Assembly (NCBI GenBank): GCA_036172245.1
Contig: JAYWIR010000004.1
Span: 3,100,001 to 3,164,000 of the forward strand
Length of the DNA stretch: 64,000 nucleotides
Reading direction: 5' to 3'
DNA from: Raillietiella orientalis
Lineage: Eukaryota
Positions within the stretch are counted from its first letter, which is position 1, and every line of letters starts with the position of its first letter. Shown here piece after piece: positions 12,700 to 25,167 of this stretch. The translations under genes and the position numbers were made by a program. The notes beneath the pieces are model-generated. The model saw nothing but the letters and a program-made list of their open reading frames with translations, had not been told where the DNA came from and did no database searches.

Positions 12700-13720
12700 A
12701 GGAGCTCCGTCGCAAGATAAGCCATCTTGGTGGTGCCGCGGATGCAGCGCAGGGTCCTGACCATAGCCCGAGGCGGAAGCGCATCCCGGGCGAAGAAAAC
12801 GTCTCATGACGCCTCCACAAGAATGCCGTCCGGGCAAGAGGATTCATTCGCAGCATGAAGGAGCAGCACCGCGCAGTCCAGCAGGAGGTGCGGGATGAAC
12901 CGCCCCAACTCACACCTTGGGAAAGCTCCCCTTTCCTTCTCCACTCACCCACCCTCCTGTCAGGTGATGACGGCGCCCTTTGCGCATCCCAAGTCCCCAG
13001 TGCAGAAGAGCACCTTCATCTGTTGGGAAACCCAGAGCTGATAAAGACCCGAGAGAGGCTCCACCAGTTCTTCGTGGAGCAGCTCAGCAGGTCCCGTCCC
13101 GGAGTGGCGGCTACATCCAGCGGGATGCCTTCCTGTCGATTTTCCTTTCTTTCTCTTAGGGAAGACAGAACTCCGCTTTAATCCCTCAGGAGAGAATTCA
13201 TGAATTCTGTCCTCCAGCATTTTAGGCACAGTCGGAACATCGTTTTACGTTGGAAGCTCCTGACAACCCGGAGGTCAGCTGGCAGTTCGATGCGCAAGGA
13301 GAGACGATCGACTGCGGAGGCTGAGCACAACGTGGGCCCTGGGCAACTCTGGCGCCGCACCGGACCGAGGAACAGCTAGGTGAGGGTGCGGAACTCGGAG
13401 GGGAACGAGGTCAGCGCGCGAGGTCAGTTGATGCCGCGATCCCCTCCTACCTTCCGGGATCGACCCTCGACGACAGCGACTGATTATCTTGCACGGGATG
13501 TTCTCCGGAGTTTCGCTGGGGAGGAGTCGGACCTGGTGAATCTGCAAAAAGCAGGGTCGAACCTGGATGGTGAGCCTTGTCCCGGAGAACGCTGGGGAAG
13601 TGTGGAGCGCCAGGAGAAAACGGGCGGCAGGGTGAGTGCTGCGGAGATGGTGGAACCCCGCTCTCCTCTTGTATTCGCGGACTTGAAACACTCGAATCGC
13701 TGATCCTAAGCGGATCCGGA
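12700..13720 (-). mobile_element. Degenerate ORF1 (gag-like) of an L1/Tx1-type element
   Basis: QVRLLPSETPENI resembles the ORF1 motif V..LP.E..D..I. It is followed after a frameshift by IELPADLRV....RLCLKC, a decayed zinc knuckle. Confidence 0.45.
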
Positions 13721-15999
13721 ATGGTGAAGTTCACGTGGTCCCTCTCTCCTCCCCGCACACCACTCTTTTGTTGGAAGGGGATTTCCCGCGTGTCCCTCAT
13801 CTGCCGAGAGACTTCATCCAGCATCCGGTTCCGAAGACCACGTGTGCAGAAGGTTGCCATGCGTTCGCCTGTGTGGCAAGTCCACCGTCTTAGGAAACCC
13901 CGTACGCATGCACATGCGCAGGCATCGAAGACACAACAACACGAATAGGACAACGCAGTCCCTCGTCGATGGTCCTCCTCCCTGCTTCTTCTTTTCCAGC
14001 AGCAAAGAGGCAGGGCAGGCCATCGTCCCTCTGCTCGCTGTGGCATTGGAACTTTTGCCCGCGGGCTCAGAGGAGGGAGGTCCCTAACCCATCGGGGAGC
14101 AAACTCCGCTCGCGGATGGGTCCGAGCCCGGACCTGTTCTCAGGCAGTTGGGGAAGGGGTCGCTTCGACTCCGGGTACTCTGCACATCCAGCAACGGGAC
14201 GAGTCGGGATGAGGGAAGGGGGGGTCAGCACGCCTGTCCCGCCCAAGAGGGGAGGTCTGTCGCCGTTGGTTCGACCAGAAACAAAGTGGACGCCGTCGGT
14301 CCTGTCCATCCCTTGTCCAGTCCTCTGTCTCCCTTTCCCGAATTCCCGATAGTGCCCGCAAGAGGTGGGGATGTTTCCGACTAGGACGAAGGCAGCTTGG
14401 AGCAGCGTGGTCGCATTGACCCGTAGGAGTTGCACCTGCCACTGCGCCCTGAACAGGGAATCGGGGGGGTGGCGACGGACGCAGAAGAAGAGAAACCGCG
14501 GACGCCTGGGGTCCTTCCTCGAGGTTCGCGGGGGACAGGGGTTTGCCAGGAAGGGAAGACTCTGAGGGCGCGCTTCCGGAAGCGAACGGATGCTCGGTTC
14601 AGATCGGCCAACATCGGAGCGGGTGTGACGATCCAGTGGTGGGCGGGATTGACTCCTCCCTACGCGCGGAGATCCCATCATTCTGGAAGCGCCCAAACGC
14701 AGCTCTCGCTGCTGCAGGGCATTTGCACTTGATGACTTGTACAGAGCGTACCTGTTCAGATGCTGGTGGCCGTAAAAAAAAAAAAAAAAAGGGGGATGAT
14801 GGGACAAACAGCAGGGAGGGTCGGTGGAGGGAAGAAGTGCGGAAAGGACTACGAGAACCACGGCGGGGGTCAAGCTGCCACGACGATGGCAGTGCACTTG
14901 GTGGTGGCGAATTCCCGCGAGGCTCCGCAGGAAACACGCAGGTGCACCTCCGCCATGTTTTGTAGATCGGCGAAACCTGGCGGGGCTCCGGAGATCCACA
15001 CCAGCTTGGATCCTCCCCGCCCTGTCTCCAGGGTTTCTTACAAAGGAGCGGAGGGGAGGTGCAAAGCGACAACACCCCACTTGCATCAGAAATCGCTTTT
15101 CTTATCGGAGCCCCCTTCCTCCTCCCTGCTGTAGGGTGGTGGAGCAGCGAGTGTTCCTGTTGCCACGTCTTGGATTAGAACGCGGTCCAAGTGTACCGGG
15201 ACACCCAGGTGCAAATGGCGCAGGGTTCCCCTAAACGGGAGAAACAGCTGACCTGAAAGTGTTTCGATTTGTACTGAAAGAACGTGCTGGTAGAAGAGGG
15301 AAGGGGACGGGGACGGGGGCGGGGGCGGGTGAAGAAGGAACCTTCCCCTTCCCAATCCATCGGCGTCTCGAACGTTCCAAATAAGAACGAAACGCTTCTT
15401 TGCCAACGCGCACCTGCGCGGTACGGCGGGCCAGCGCAAGGAGGCACGACGACGCACACTCTCCCTCCCTTCCCCACCGAGAAACACAAGGGATGGCGTC
15501 ATGTCGCGTCGTGGGGAAGCACCGTGCATCGAGCCGTTTGTCGCTCGCCGAGGAGCGCATGCAAGAGACTCTCTCCCGACTGCCGCCATCTCCTCGTACG
15601 AGGGGGCTCGACGCGAATCGAGTGCCACTGCGCGCCTGCAAGCCAAGGCGAAGAGGAGGAAGAGGGAGGAGGGGATCGCACGCGCGAGAGGTGCGGGATC
15701 AGACACGTCGTTCTCGAGCATCGCAGGCGGCGCAACGGTCTGACGGTGAACCAGGTCAAAAAGACGACGTGGGAAAGACGGGGGGCCTGCCACCAGCCGG
15801 GTGCAACCCCGGTTGAACCCGAAAGCAGGCGCCTCCTGACGGAGGCATCATCCCGGAAGGATTCGGGAACGCAGCACTGTCTTCGGGAAGCGCATAACTT
15901 GGCGGCGGCAGCATCCCGGAAGCTTCGCCGCCGCTAGCATCGTCTCATCGCTAACGTAGGAGAGTTTTCAGGACTTCGCCCAGGGGGAATGCGAAGCGA

Positions 16000-17750
16000 G
16001 TCTCCTCAGGGAGACCACTAATACAGCCGACTCGAGAAGACCTTGGGTCATCGTGCGCAAAAACAAAAACAGCACACGCAGAATGCCCGCTAGTGGCCTG
16101 GCCACTACCTCCAGAGTTCCCACCGGATGAGGCGTGGAGTTCCAGACTTCCGTTTCCCACATCCGTGCGCATATTTCTCCTTCCTTCCCTCCCCCGTCCT
16201 TCCGGATTAGGGATGCGGGCTGCCTCCGAGACCGAAATAGGGAAATGGGATGGAGGAGGCGGGCGCCAATTGCCATGCGGACTTTCCTCCTCGGCTGCGC
16301 CCTCACTCGCCCGTCTTCCGACAGGAAACGGGACTCTGGCACTCCCGTTTCGTGGCTCGCACGAGTCCTCGTCCGAGTGAAGGTAGACGTACGCACGAGG
16401 GGAGGAGGGGGAGAATTTGTGAGGATTTCCCATTATCTCCACGACCGATCGTTTCCCCCTCCATCCCGTCCTCCTGACGACGACTGTCGGTTGCGTCACC
16501 ACGGCTAGAGAGCGACCCAACTGGTGGTTGCGGCGAAGATCCCGGGGTGTGTTTAGTGTTCGAGTCGGTTCGTATCCTTCCTGATCTGATCCTCCCATCG
16601 CCTAGGGAACCGAAGGATCCTCCCATCGCCATTGTTGCTGGATCTCGTGATGCCGAGGGCCTCAAAGGGAAGGTGTCCTGAGATGCATCAGCGACCGCAC
16701 GCAGGATGTGTTCTTTCCTCGGTCCGGAAGCTTTGTGAGAAGGAGGGGTCCATGCCGTCTCGCATCCGAAGCGCTTTCTTGCTTTCTCGTGCGGGCCGAT
16801 CCAAGGTCGAGCCTCTAAATGGTGGTCTTCGCCTCTTTCTGTTCGAACGTCCACCCTTGCCTGCCCACCGTGCTGATGTCGCCGCTGGACCCACCCCATC
16901 CTCCTTCATCCCATCTGGACTCGAATCTTCCGAAGTCTTGATCCTTCGGATGCGCCTGTCTCTCTTCTGAATCCCCGGGCGTCTGCGCAGGCGCGTCTGC
17001 GCTAGTCCGCCCTCGAACGATGGCACCCATGGATGCCCTCACGGTTGCCGCCGGCAGGTCGTGCTGGGCGCGTTTCGTGGGCGAGGTGCCACCCTGGGTC
17101 CCTGCGACGTCTCAGCTCTTGACGCGCTGGTGATTCCTGGAAAGTGAGGACGGAGACCTCCGATCACGTGGTGCGCGGGGTCTGGAAGGCCGGTTTTCTC
17201 CAGGGTGCCCCATCAACCAACTGACCGGGGTGCTCTTCGCTCAAGTGGCTGGGTGGGGCCGAGTCTTCCTCTGTCCGTCTCAGCCGTGTGTCACGTCGTC
17301 AGCGCGAATCGGGAAGGCAAGACTCGGTAGACGGACTCTGGGGACCCTCCCGTCCATCGCCCCGTGGATCTTGCCGGAAGGCATTCCGGAAAGGTGGGCT
17401 TCCAGCGCTACCCACCACAGAGACCCTTTTTCTCTGTTCCCGCGCGTAGATCCAGATCTGCAGCGCGTGCGTTCCTCGAGGACGCGAGCTCCATATCTCC
17501 CCTGGAGAATTGCTCCGCCACACGGAGGAGTTTCCCGAGGCGCGCGCGGCGAATACAGTAGAGAGGTCCAGGTTGTGCCAATCCTCTGCCGGCGCGCTTC
17601 CTCACGCAAGACCCACCGGAGCAGTGGACTGGCGCATCCCTCGGCGCCCCGGAGGGTCGCTTCGCGAGAGGCGCGCTCACGCACGACGATGTCGACTCCA
17701 TTCCACTCCCCACCCTCACCCCTCCCGTTCCCCTGATGCACCTTTCAAGT
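16000..17750 (-). mobile_element. Highly degenerate L1/Tx1-type reverse transcriptase fragment
   Basis: ORF 17280-17741 reads STRGNREKGSL..VALE...IHG......LAFPIRADDVT, matching the order GVRQG.PLS..LE..YADD. A GGSG motif occurs further downstream at ~16110. Confidence 0.45.
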
Positions 17751-20700
17751 CTTCGAGGCGTGGTCCGCCAGAAAGGCGGTGGTTGCTATGGGAGATGGGG
17801 TATCCCCAAGCTTCATGCTGCTCAGACGGACAGGGATGCAGACTCCGCCCCTCATCTCCCCTCCCCTTACCCCGAAGCTCTCCCTCGAGGGGGTCCACAA
17901 GAGAAGGCCGAGCCACGGAACCGGATGGAGCCTCTCCGGCGGAAACGGCCGCCTTTCCTTCGCGTTTCGTTCGCTCGCCGGCCGCATGGCAGCGCCCTCC
18001 GCTCTTCGAAACTCGTGGCGACCCGACAAGCGAACGGACCACCTCCGGTTCCCAGTGCTGCAGGACTCGCTCGCCGTGATGGATAAGCAGGAGCAGAGAG
18101 CGCGACGGAGCGGAGTGGGATGACCGGCGCTGACCAGCGGAGGAAGCAGCGGGAGAGCGGGGGTTTGCTCAGGGAAGCAAAGTGGCAGCGGTCGGCTAAC
18201 AGCGCCTGCTGCTGGCACGACGGGACGGGAGGCAGTCTGCAGGACGCCCTGGTGCCGGGAGGAGGCAGACGCTTCGTGCGGAGGCGTGCACGCCGTGCGG
18301 CGACGCCTTTGTTTGTTTCGTTTTCGAGACAAACGTTCCCGCTCCCCCTGCGTCCCGATCGTTCCCCTGCGGTGCTCCAGCGCTTTCCCTCGCTCGCCAA
18401 CGCGGGCCCTGCGGGCACGTGAGGCTGCTTTGGCTCCCACGTGCTCGTCTGCCGCCTCTGGCTCCCATCGCGCCGTCGCCAGGCGGGCGGAGGGTTCTCC
18501 TGCCTCCACGTGTGCTTCACGGGCGCGGGAGCAGCGGGGAATCCGGTCGCGAAGTAGGGAGGGGGAGGGAAGGAAGGAGGAGTCGGGGATCCACGCCGGA
18601 AAAATCCAACCGCGGTACGAAAGCGGAGATGCCAGCGCCATTTTGGGACGCTTCCCGCTCTGAACATGGCGGGAGAGAGGTGATCGTCGTCGCCGGCGTC
18701 GTCGTCGTCAGTGGCAGGGGAGACAGCCGGGAACCCCTCGCTCTGAGGGACGAGTTAGGATGCTGCCTTCAGGCAGCCGAGCAGCCCCATGGGTGAAGCG
18801 GAAAGGAAGGTGTATTGTGCTTTCCCCAGCGGATCTCCGGGAGCCTTCGAATCGCAACGCCCTTCCAATCAGTTCCCGTTGATACCTCATGCACCCTTCG
18901 CAAAGCACCAACGTTGCCACAATAGGAAGAATCCACGAAAGAAAATGGAAAAGGAAAGAGACGAAGAAAGGAGCATTTGGGAGGCTGCGGACCCGTACCC
19001 CTTTCCCCCTAAAGGCGCTAGCCGCGCCTCCGGAGGTCCCGTCTTAAAACCTGGAGAGTAACTCTGGAACATCGAGCAACTCTGGAAGCTGCGCTTCCGG
19101 GCTCCGTAACGGAGGATCGCGCACGGAAAGGCGCATCCCAGAACGTCTGTTCCTGGTAGTGTGCTCCTTGGGAAGCTCGCGGACTTTGCACATACGGAAT
19201 GAAAGGGGGGGGGGGGGGGGGGGAGCGAAGTGTGGACGACCGTTTTTTGCCTTTGCTCCGCCGGTGGGATGGGACGCAAACGGGACGGGATGAAACAGCG
19301 GATACACACATATTTGTTGTACGGTTCTCCCATTGCTTGATTTTGTAAAACAGGAGGAAAGGCAACGGCAAGCAGAGAAGGAGGATGCGCGCGCATCTTG
19401 GAAGGATGCCACGAGGAGGAGGAGGAGGATCCAAGAGGACCTCCAAAGAATGCGAGGAGGAGGGAAAGTCGGTTTTCGATGGAAGCCTTCCTAGCGCGGT
19501 CCGAATGCCTTCGGAAGATGGAAATGGGAAAGAAGACATTTATTTCACTTGCCTATGACCCTAACCGGCGATGGCCTCTCACGCAGGAGGGGGAGAAGGA
19601 TGTAACTGTGCTTGAAAATCACCGAGCATGGATGCGCGCGATGTGACTCTTCCGGTGCACATCACTGACGAGGGGGAATTCCCCCTCTAAGCATCCCATT
19701 AAGGGAGCAAAAGAACCTGGTGACCCCCCCCCCCCATTCCCTTAAGAAAGCTGCAATCTGCGAAGGGGGAGGTAGCGAGTTCCTCATTTAACGACCGAAA
19801 TGAAGAAAGCGGTTCTCAGGGGCGGCAAGAAACGCCTGGGAATTCCATCCCGAGGTCCTCCAGAGTCGTGTGCGATTCTGGCATCAGCCTCGCGGAGACG
19901 CTCCTCCTCGAAGCTGCGCTTTCGGGGTTCAGGTGTCCTCGGTGCGCCTCGCACGAACAGCCTCTCCGGGCCCTACGCTATTATTCTATTCCAAGTAATT
20001 CTTCAGGATAGGGGGCACCCCGGGATGGGGGTTCACCCTATGAATCCAGGAAGGGCTCGGAGTCCGTTCCTCTCACAACTCCCACCTTGGTTGTCTCCGA
20101 AGGGGACCAGTGTTTATGGACAGCTCCGCGCTTCCCCTGAAGCGGAAGGAACTCGGCATTGCAGTTTTCGCACTGGGCGATCTCATGCAACGCACGAGTC
20201 CACCAGTGGACGAGGGGGAGTGCGGCCCTATACTGTGCCAGGTGCGGGGAATGGGGAATCTTCCCGCACTTGTTGTTGGACTGCGTTGCTTCCTGAGTAT
20301 CCGGTAACACTTCGCTGTGGCCCTCCAACTTCCGATGGACAACGGCAGAGAGGTCTTGCGGTGCCTCTTCTCGCACAACTCGATGTTGCCTGCAGCTTCC
20401 CTCGCAGCTCCGTGCTGCCTTGCCTTAGTGGGATCGTGGAGGCGAGAAGGCGCGCCGAAAGAGGCCAGTCGAACGGTGAGGCCCGCAATCGCCTGCTCCT
20501 TCATGAGGGCGGCAAGATGCCAACAAAAGGAGGAAATTACCGACATCCTCCAGAAGATGCCGAGGACGCCAGGAAGAAATCCGTTCCCTTCCCTTCCCCT
20601 TCCAATATTTTTTTGTGTTTTTTTGTTTTTGTTTACCCCTTTCCCCACTCTTCCCGTGCGGACCTCATCGGGGGAGCTGTTCACAAGAAGCAGCGCCTCC

Positions 20701-23700
20701 GAGGCATCTCCCTTCGCAGTGGTGATGGGAAGCCATTACTAAGAAAGGCATTTTTTTTTTAATATTTCATGACTTTTTTTTGTTAATATTTTTTTTAAAT
20801 AAACGCCCCAGAGTGACCAGGCGGAATAAAAGGTTGGCTGGGTCTGCGGAGTGCATGGCACGGAAGCGGCAGACCTCATAGGGCGATACGAATGCGCGCG
20901 CAAGTGTTCCCAAGGTTTGCTCCAGATCTCCTTACGTCCAGACGCGCCTGCAGTTTCCCTGGCTTTAGTTAGCACACAGTTCTTCAAGATCCGGGCCACC
21001 TTATTCAAATGGGAATCTATGCGTTGTAAGTGAAGAAAATCATCTATGCGATCGTCGAGAGCCCCCTTGCAAGAACTCTTCCGTCTAAAGCAATTCCTCC
21101 GCCTTTAGCCTGCAGATGAACTTTTCAGCAGGCATCTCCTCCGGATGTGTAGGAAAGAGCATGCGAGGTGTCTTCGGGGTGACCCACTCTGATCTCTGAG
21201 GAATTTTCATTCGATATGATTAGGAATCACGATATCTTTAAGTGGGATTCGGATCCTTGGACCGAGGCGTCGCAGAAGGAACGAAAAACCCGACAACGCC
21301 AAAAGAGAATCACTTCTTCCTTGTTAGTTCAGGAATGCCAGTTTGGAGTTTCGATTAATTCTCCGGCTGAAGCTTCCCAAGCGGAGTGTGGTCGCGAAAC
21401 ATCCTGTTCATGGAATCTCGATTGAAAATATTCAGCCTTGTCGTTACAAAATAGGGAAAACGTTATTTTTAACGAAATTTAATACGGTTCCTATCCTATA
21501 CGACCTTTGCTTATTAACAATAAAGAAAACAAGGCGGACCCGAAGGCCTTTATGAAATTTTTTGCCACATATAATGAGAGAACTATTGTAGAACAAAGAA
21601 AACTTTCGATAGAGAACCCTCAGTTTCCGGACCACTCCGTTTTCCAGTAAAACTTACGCAAGCGGTCGTACCACAACACGTGTGCCACAAGACGGCAAGC
21701 ACATGCAATGAGCTCTCCAAAGTTCCCAGTTCTTAGCATCACTAACGGCGAGATGAAACGTACTGTCAAGTGTCGATTCCTCTTTGTAACGTTTTCTGGA
21801 TCAGAAACGACAAAAACGCGTTTTTTTTTTTGTTTTTGTTTAGCAATTTGCATCGATTTCCCCCCCCCCCTCCCCTTTCAAGATTCACCTAATAATAACA
21901 TATGCATGCATTCCGTTCTATCTGCACTCGTGCTGGGAAATGTCATTACACTGTAGCGATCACTCGCGGAATCGCAAGAAGCTGGGCGGTGAAGGGTAAT
22001 TCAGGAACGCGCTCAGGAAGTTCAAGGACACCACGTGTTCCACGAAGTTTAAAAATAATGATTTAAATGTGCACTTCGAAACGACGCCTTTCCAGAAAGC
22101 AGCGCGAGTTAAAGGAACAGGAAAATCGTGCAACGGTAGCCTTCAGAAGCGCTACTGAATGATCTACCCCCACCCCCACCCCCTAAACCAAGGAGAGCGA
22201 GAGGGGGGGGGGGAGAAGGAAATCAACGAAAGCTTCCGTTGCCACAACGTTAGGTAAATATCGGACCCGCGTGAGAAAAAATTCAAAAGCCGGCGCTGTC
22301 GAACCGCAGGAAAAACAAAAAATGCTACCCCTGCAAAAAAAAAAGAAAAAAAAAAAAAAAAAAAAAAAACGCGTTCAACATCCTCGTGCGCAAGCTGAAC
22401 GTCGTGTGGACTGGCAGAATGTCTTCCGAGTTCACTCGCAGGCGGGGGAGGAAGCACTGAAATTCTTTACCACCTTTTCCGTTTGAATGATTTTTGTCAT
22501 GAGGGCATCCAACCGATTTCCGAGTAAGTGAGCTCTGAAGAAATAAACCAGAATAAGGAGGATCCGCGCACGTCTTCTGGCAGAGGGGATAAAAATGTGC
22601 CGAAATCCTCGACGGTGGGACGCGTGCGTTCCAGGGAACGCCCGATTAGCATTTCGGCTTCATCATCATCTCATGCGAACACGAGGTGGTGACGAAACTT
22701 CAAAGGAAAGATTTTTTTTCAAAGAAGGGGCAACGCTGACTAAATAAAAGTGAAATGTTCACACCAGGCCGTTCACACTATGTAAAGTATTTCACATTTT
22801 GAATTTTGGCAATTTTTAAAATGAGGTCCATGAAGAGTTGCGTTAAGATTCACGTTATAAGCACAGAAATACTCTAAACGCATAAAACCCAACTTCACGA
22901 CATTTCAAAAAGTTGTAAACTTCCTCACTTGTCTAACCTCATTCATTCAATTGCTTCTTCTTTTTCTTCCCTTCCAATCAACACGTAGTGGTTACATTTC
23001 TAGAAAGACGAATGACTACATGTTGGTGGAAATCTCACTTGGAAACCGGGATTTTCACGAAAAACCCGTCCACCCGATCGAATGCTGCCAGGACAAAAAA
23101 AAAAAAACTCCGTCTTCACCAACGGGATGTAGCAGATGCACGTTCTGTGATTTACAAAACCGAAATGTGGTGGAAAGGTAAATTGAAGAGCTGGGAAAAC
23201 GTACCGTCAAACTTCGATGTGGTTTTTGTTTAGATAAGCAACGGGAAGAAATTTATTTGCAAGTTACAGACTCATCTTTGTGCTCGGTGTGCAAGTGCGA
23301 GGTGACGACGACATATGTATCGACCTCAACTGTAAATCATTTGGAAAAATTTCTTCAAGCCCCCAAGAAAATTCAGAATAATAATCAACACGAACAAAAA
23401 TGCATCGTTTTTCTATTCTGTATTCGCTCCTTTGGTTTACTGGGCTTTCGCTTGCAAGGAAAAGGTTCCCACGAAAAGGAAGGAACTGAAGTCCTTATTA
23501 GATGAGAGCCCACTCGAGATCGGTGTTTCGCTAATCGCCGAGAGACTGCATCGCACCTTTCAACCATTTTCAAACAGTCAGATAAATACCACGAAACTGA
23601 ATGCTTAAAAACTGGAAACTTTAAAATCGAGAACACTCGACTCTACACAACGCACTTCACCATCCACAGATCAGTCACCTCCACCTCTCGCTCTCGTTTT

Positions 23701-24006
23701 TGGAACTGAACCAGTTTGCATTACGAATGGCTTCCGAAATAACGGGAATCATTTTCATCATCTCATCTATTCGGTTCGAGTGATCGGCCCCACCTTCTCT
23801 GTTTGTTTCGCTCTTCGTTATGCAAATGAAGGCAGTTACGCAGTTGCTGGAGGATCAATCCCGTCCCATTTCCCGCACAAGGGGAACGAATTCCCGTTTG
23901 AGAAAGTAAACTCCACCATTCCGAGGAATGGCGGGGCTTTATTTCAATCGTGACAAATGTGGATATTCGAATGGAAAACCGGGCTGGAAGAAGAAACTCC
24001 GTGTTT

Positions 24007-25167
24007 TCACACTATGTTCCAATGGGCTCCAACACCATAATCGAAGATTTCATTTCGATTCTTCACCCACGAGTTTGGGACTCCAGTATACATGTCCCAA
24101 TCATAGCATGCCCAGGGGTTGATGCTTTGGTTACCCAATCTGAAGGTCTCTTTTCTCATCCGAAAACGGAAGGTGCATACTTCTTCTGATATTTGTCTGC
24201 CTGTCTGAGAGGTTGATTTGGCGTAAACAGATTCTTCTCCATACGCAACAGTTCTGTAGAAAGTCCATCCCTCCAAGAGTTCAGTTTCTGTCGTTAATGC
24301 TTGACTGATCGATCCCATGGCCGATCTTTGCACTCCTGAGACGTCACATTTGTATACACGCGATGCTTTGGAAAGATGACTTGATATCAGATACATTAAT
24401 GAGTGGTTCATTTCGAACGGATGAAGCGATGCCCGAAACGATTGACTGTAAATTCCACACATTTCTAGATTCTGGATTTGCTGTCTGGTAAGATGTAAAG
24501 CACGAAACCAGCCAACCAGATTTCTTGTAGGTAACCCAGGTGCTTTTCCACCTTCAATTTCAGGTCTCAAATTAGCTGGGAGGTTCCAGTCTGCTTCGAA
24601 GTCCTCTCCCGCTGGTGCAGTAGTCCTTTCGTAATCGCGCATTATGCGATAGGCTGCAACTCCAGGCGATGGTAGCGACTCATATAGAACATGACTTTGG
24701 GCGGTTATCTTGCCGAACCACCCCCCAACTCCTCCTTCTTGTGCCACTTCTGGCAACTTGGGGAGTGCCCATGTATATCGCTTTCCAGTGCTGTCTTCAA
24801 CATCTCCAATCGCGCGCATATACACTGCGAGTGGTTCCGGAAGCGATAGTCCGACACTGAAGAATTCTCGGAGTCTTATTTCAGGATCAGTGTCTACTCC
24901 TGAATGCATCCTAAGCATAGATGCTCTCGCCCAATAATGCGCTACTACATAGTAGTAGAACATGGAAAACGACACTGCCCTCTGAAATTGAGGATCTGCT
25001 ACACATAGCTTGAGGTAAACAGTTTGCGATAGATCCGGAAGCCCTTGGATTGTGTTCATAAACTTAGTTTCCCTAGGTCCAATGTTCCTAAGTGCTTCAT
25101 GGTTATCAGCCATGCCGTCACTGCTTCGCCTCGACCTTTCCATCTTCGTTCGCTGAGCACCATCCAT
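24007..25167 (-). CDS. Intronless 386-aa ORF resembling a partiti-like dsRNA virus capsid protein (endogenous viral element)
   Basis: ATG-to-TGA ORF with no stops, visibly more GC-rich than the flank at 25.2 kb. Motifs SMFYYY...YWAR, LPEPLAVYMRAIG, H.LYESLPSPGV, LPTRNLVGW and WAC....P..W..NRN recall capsids of arthropod partiti-like viruses. Recognised from memory. Confidence 0.7.
   Translation of the reverse strand: MDGAQRTKMERSRRSSDGMADNHEALRNIGPRETKFMNTIQGLPDLSQTVYLKLCVADPQFQRAVSFSMFYYYVVAHYWARASMLRMHSGVDTDPEIRLREFFSVGLSLPEPLAVYMRAIGDVEDSTGKRYTWALPKLPEVAQEGGVGGWFGKITAQSHVLYESLPSPGVAAYRIMRDYERTTAPAGEDFEADWNLPANLRPEIEGGKAPGLPTRNLVGWFRALHLTRQQIQNLEMCGIYSQSFRASLHPFEMNHSLMYLISSHLSKASRVYKCDVSGVQRSAMGSISQALTTETELLEGWTFYRTVAYGEESVYAKSTSQTGRQISEEVCTFRFRMRKETFRLGNQSINPWACYDWDMYTGVPNSWVKNRNEIFDYGVGAHWNIV

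Noticed and set aside
94..20762. Many long overlapping Arg/Pro/Gly-rich ORFs, e.g. 3729-4796, 14067-15086, 19800-20762
   Set aside because: Expected by chance in GC-rich DNA. They run through homopolymer tracts and have no coherent domain apart from the TE and FReD motifs listed.
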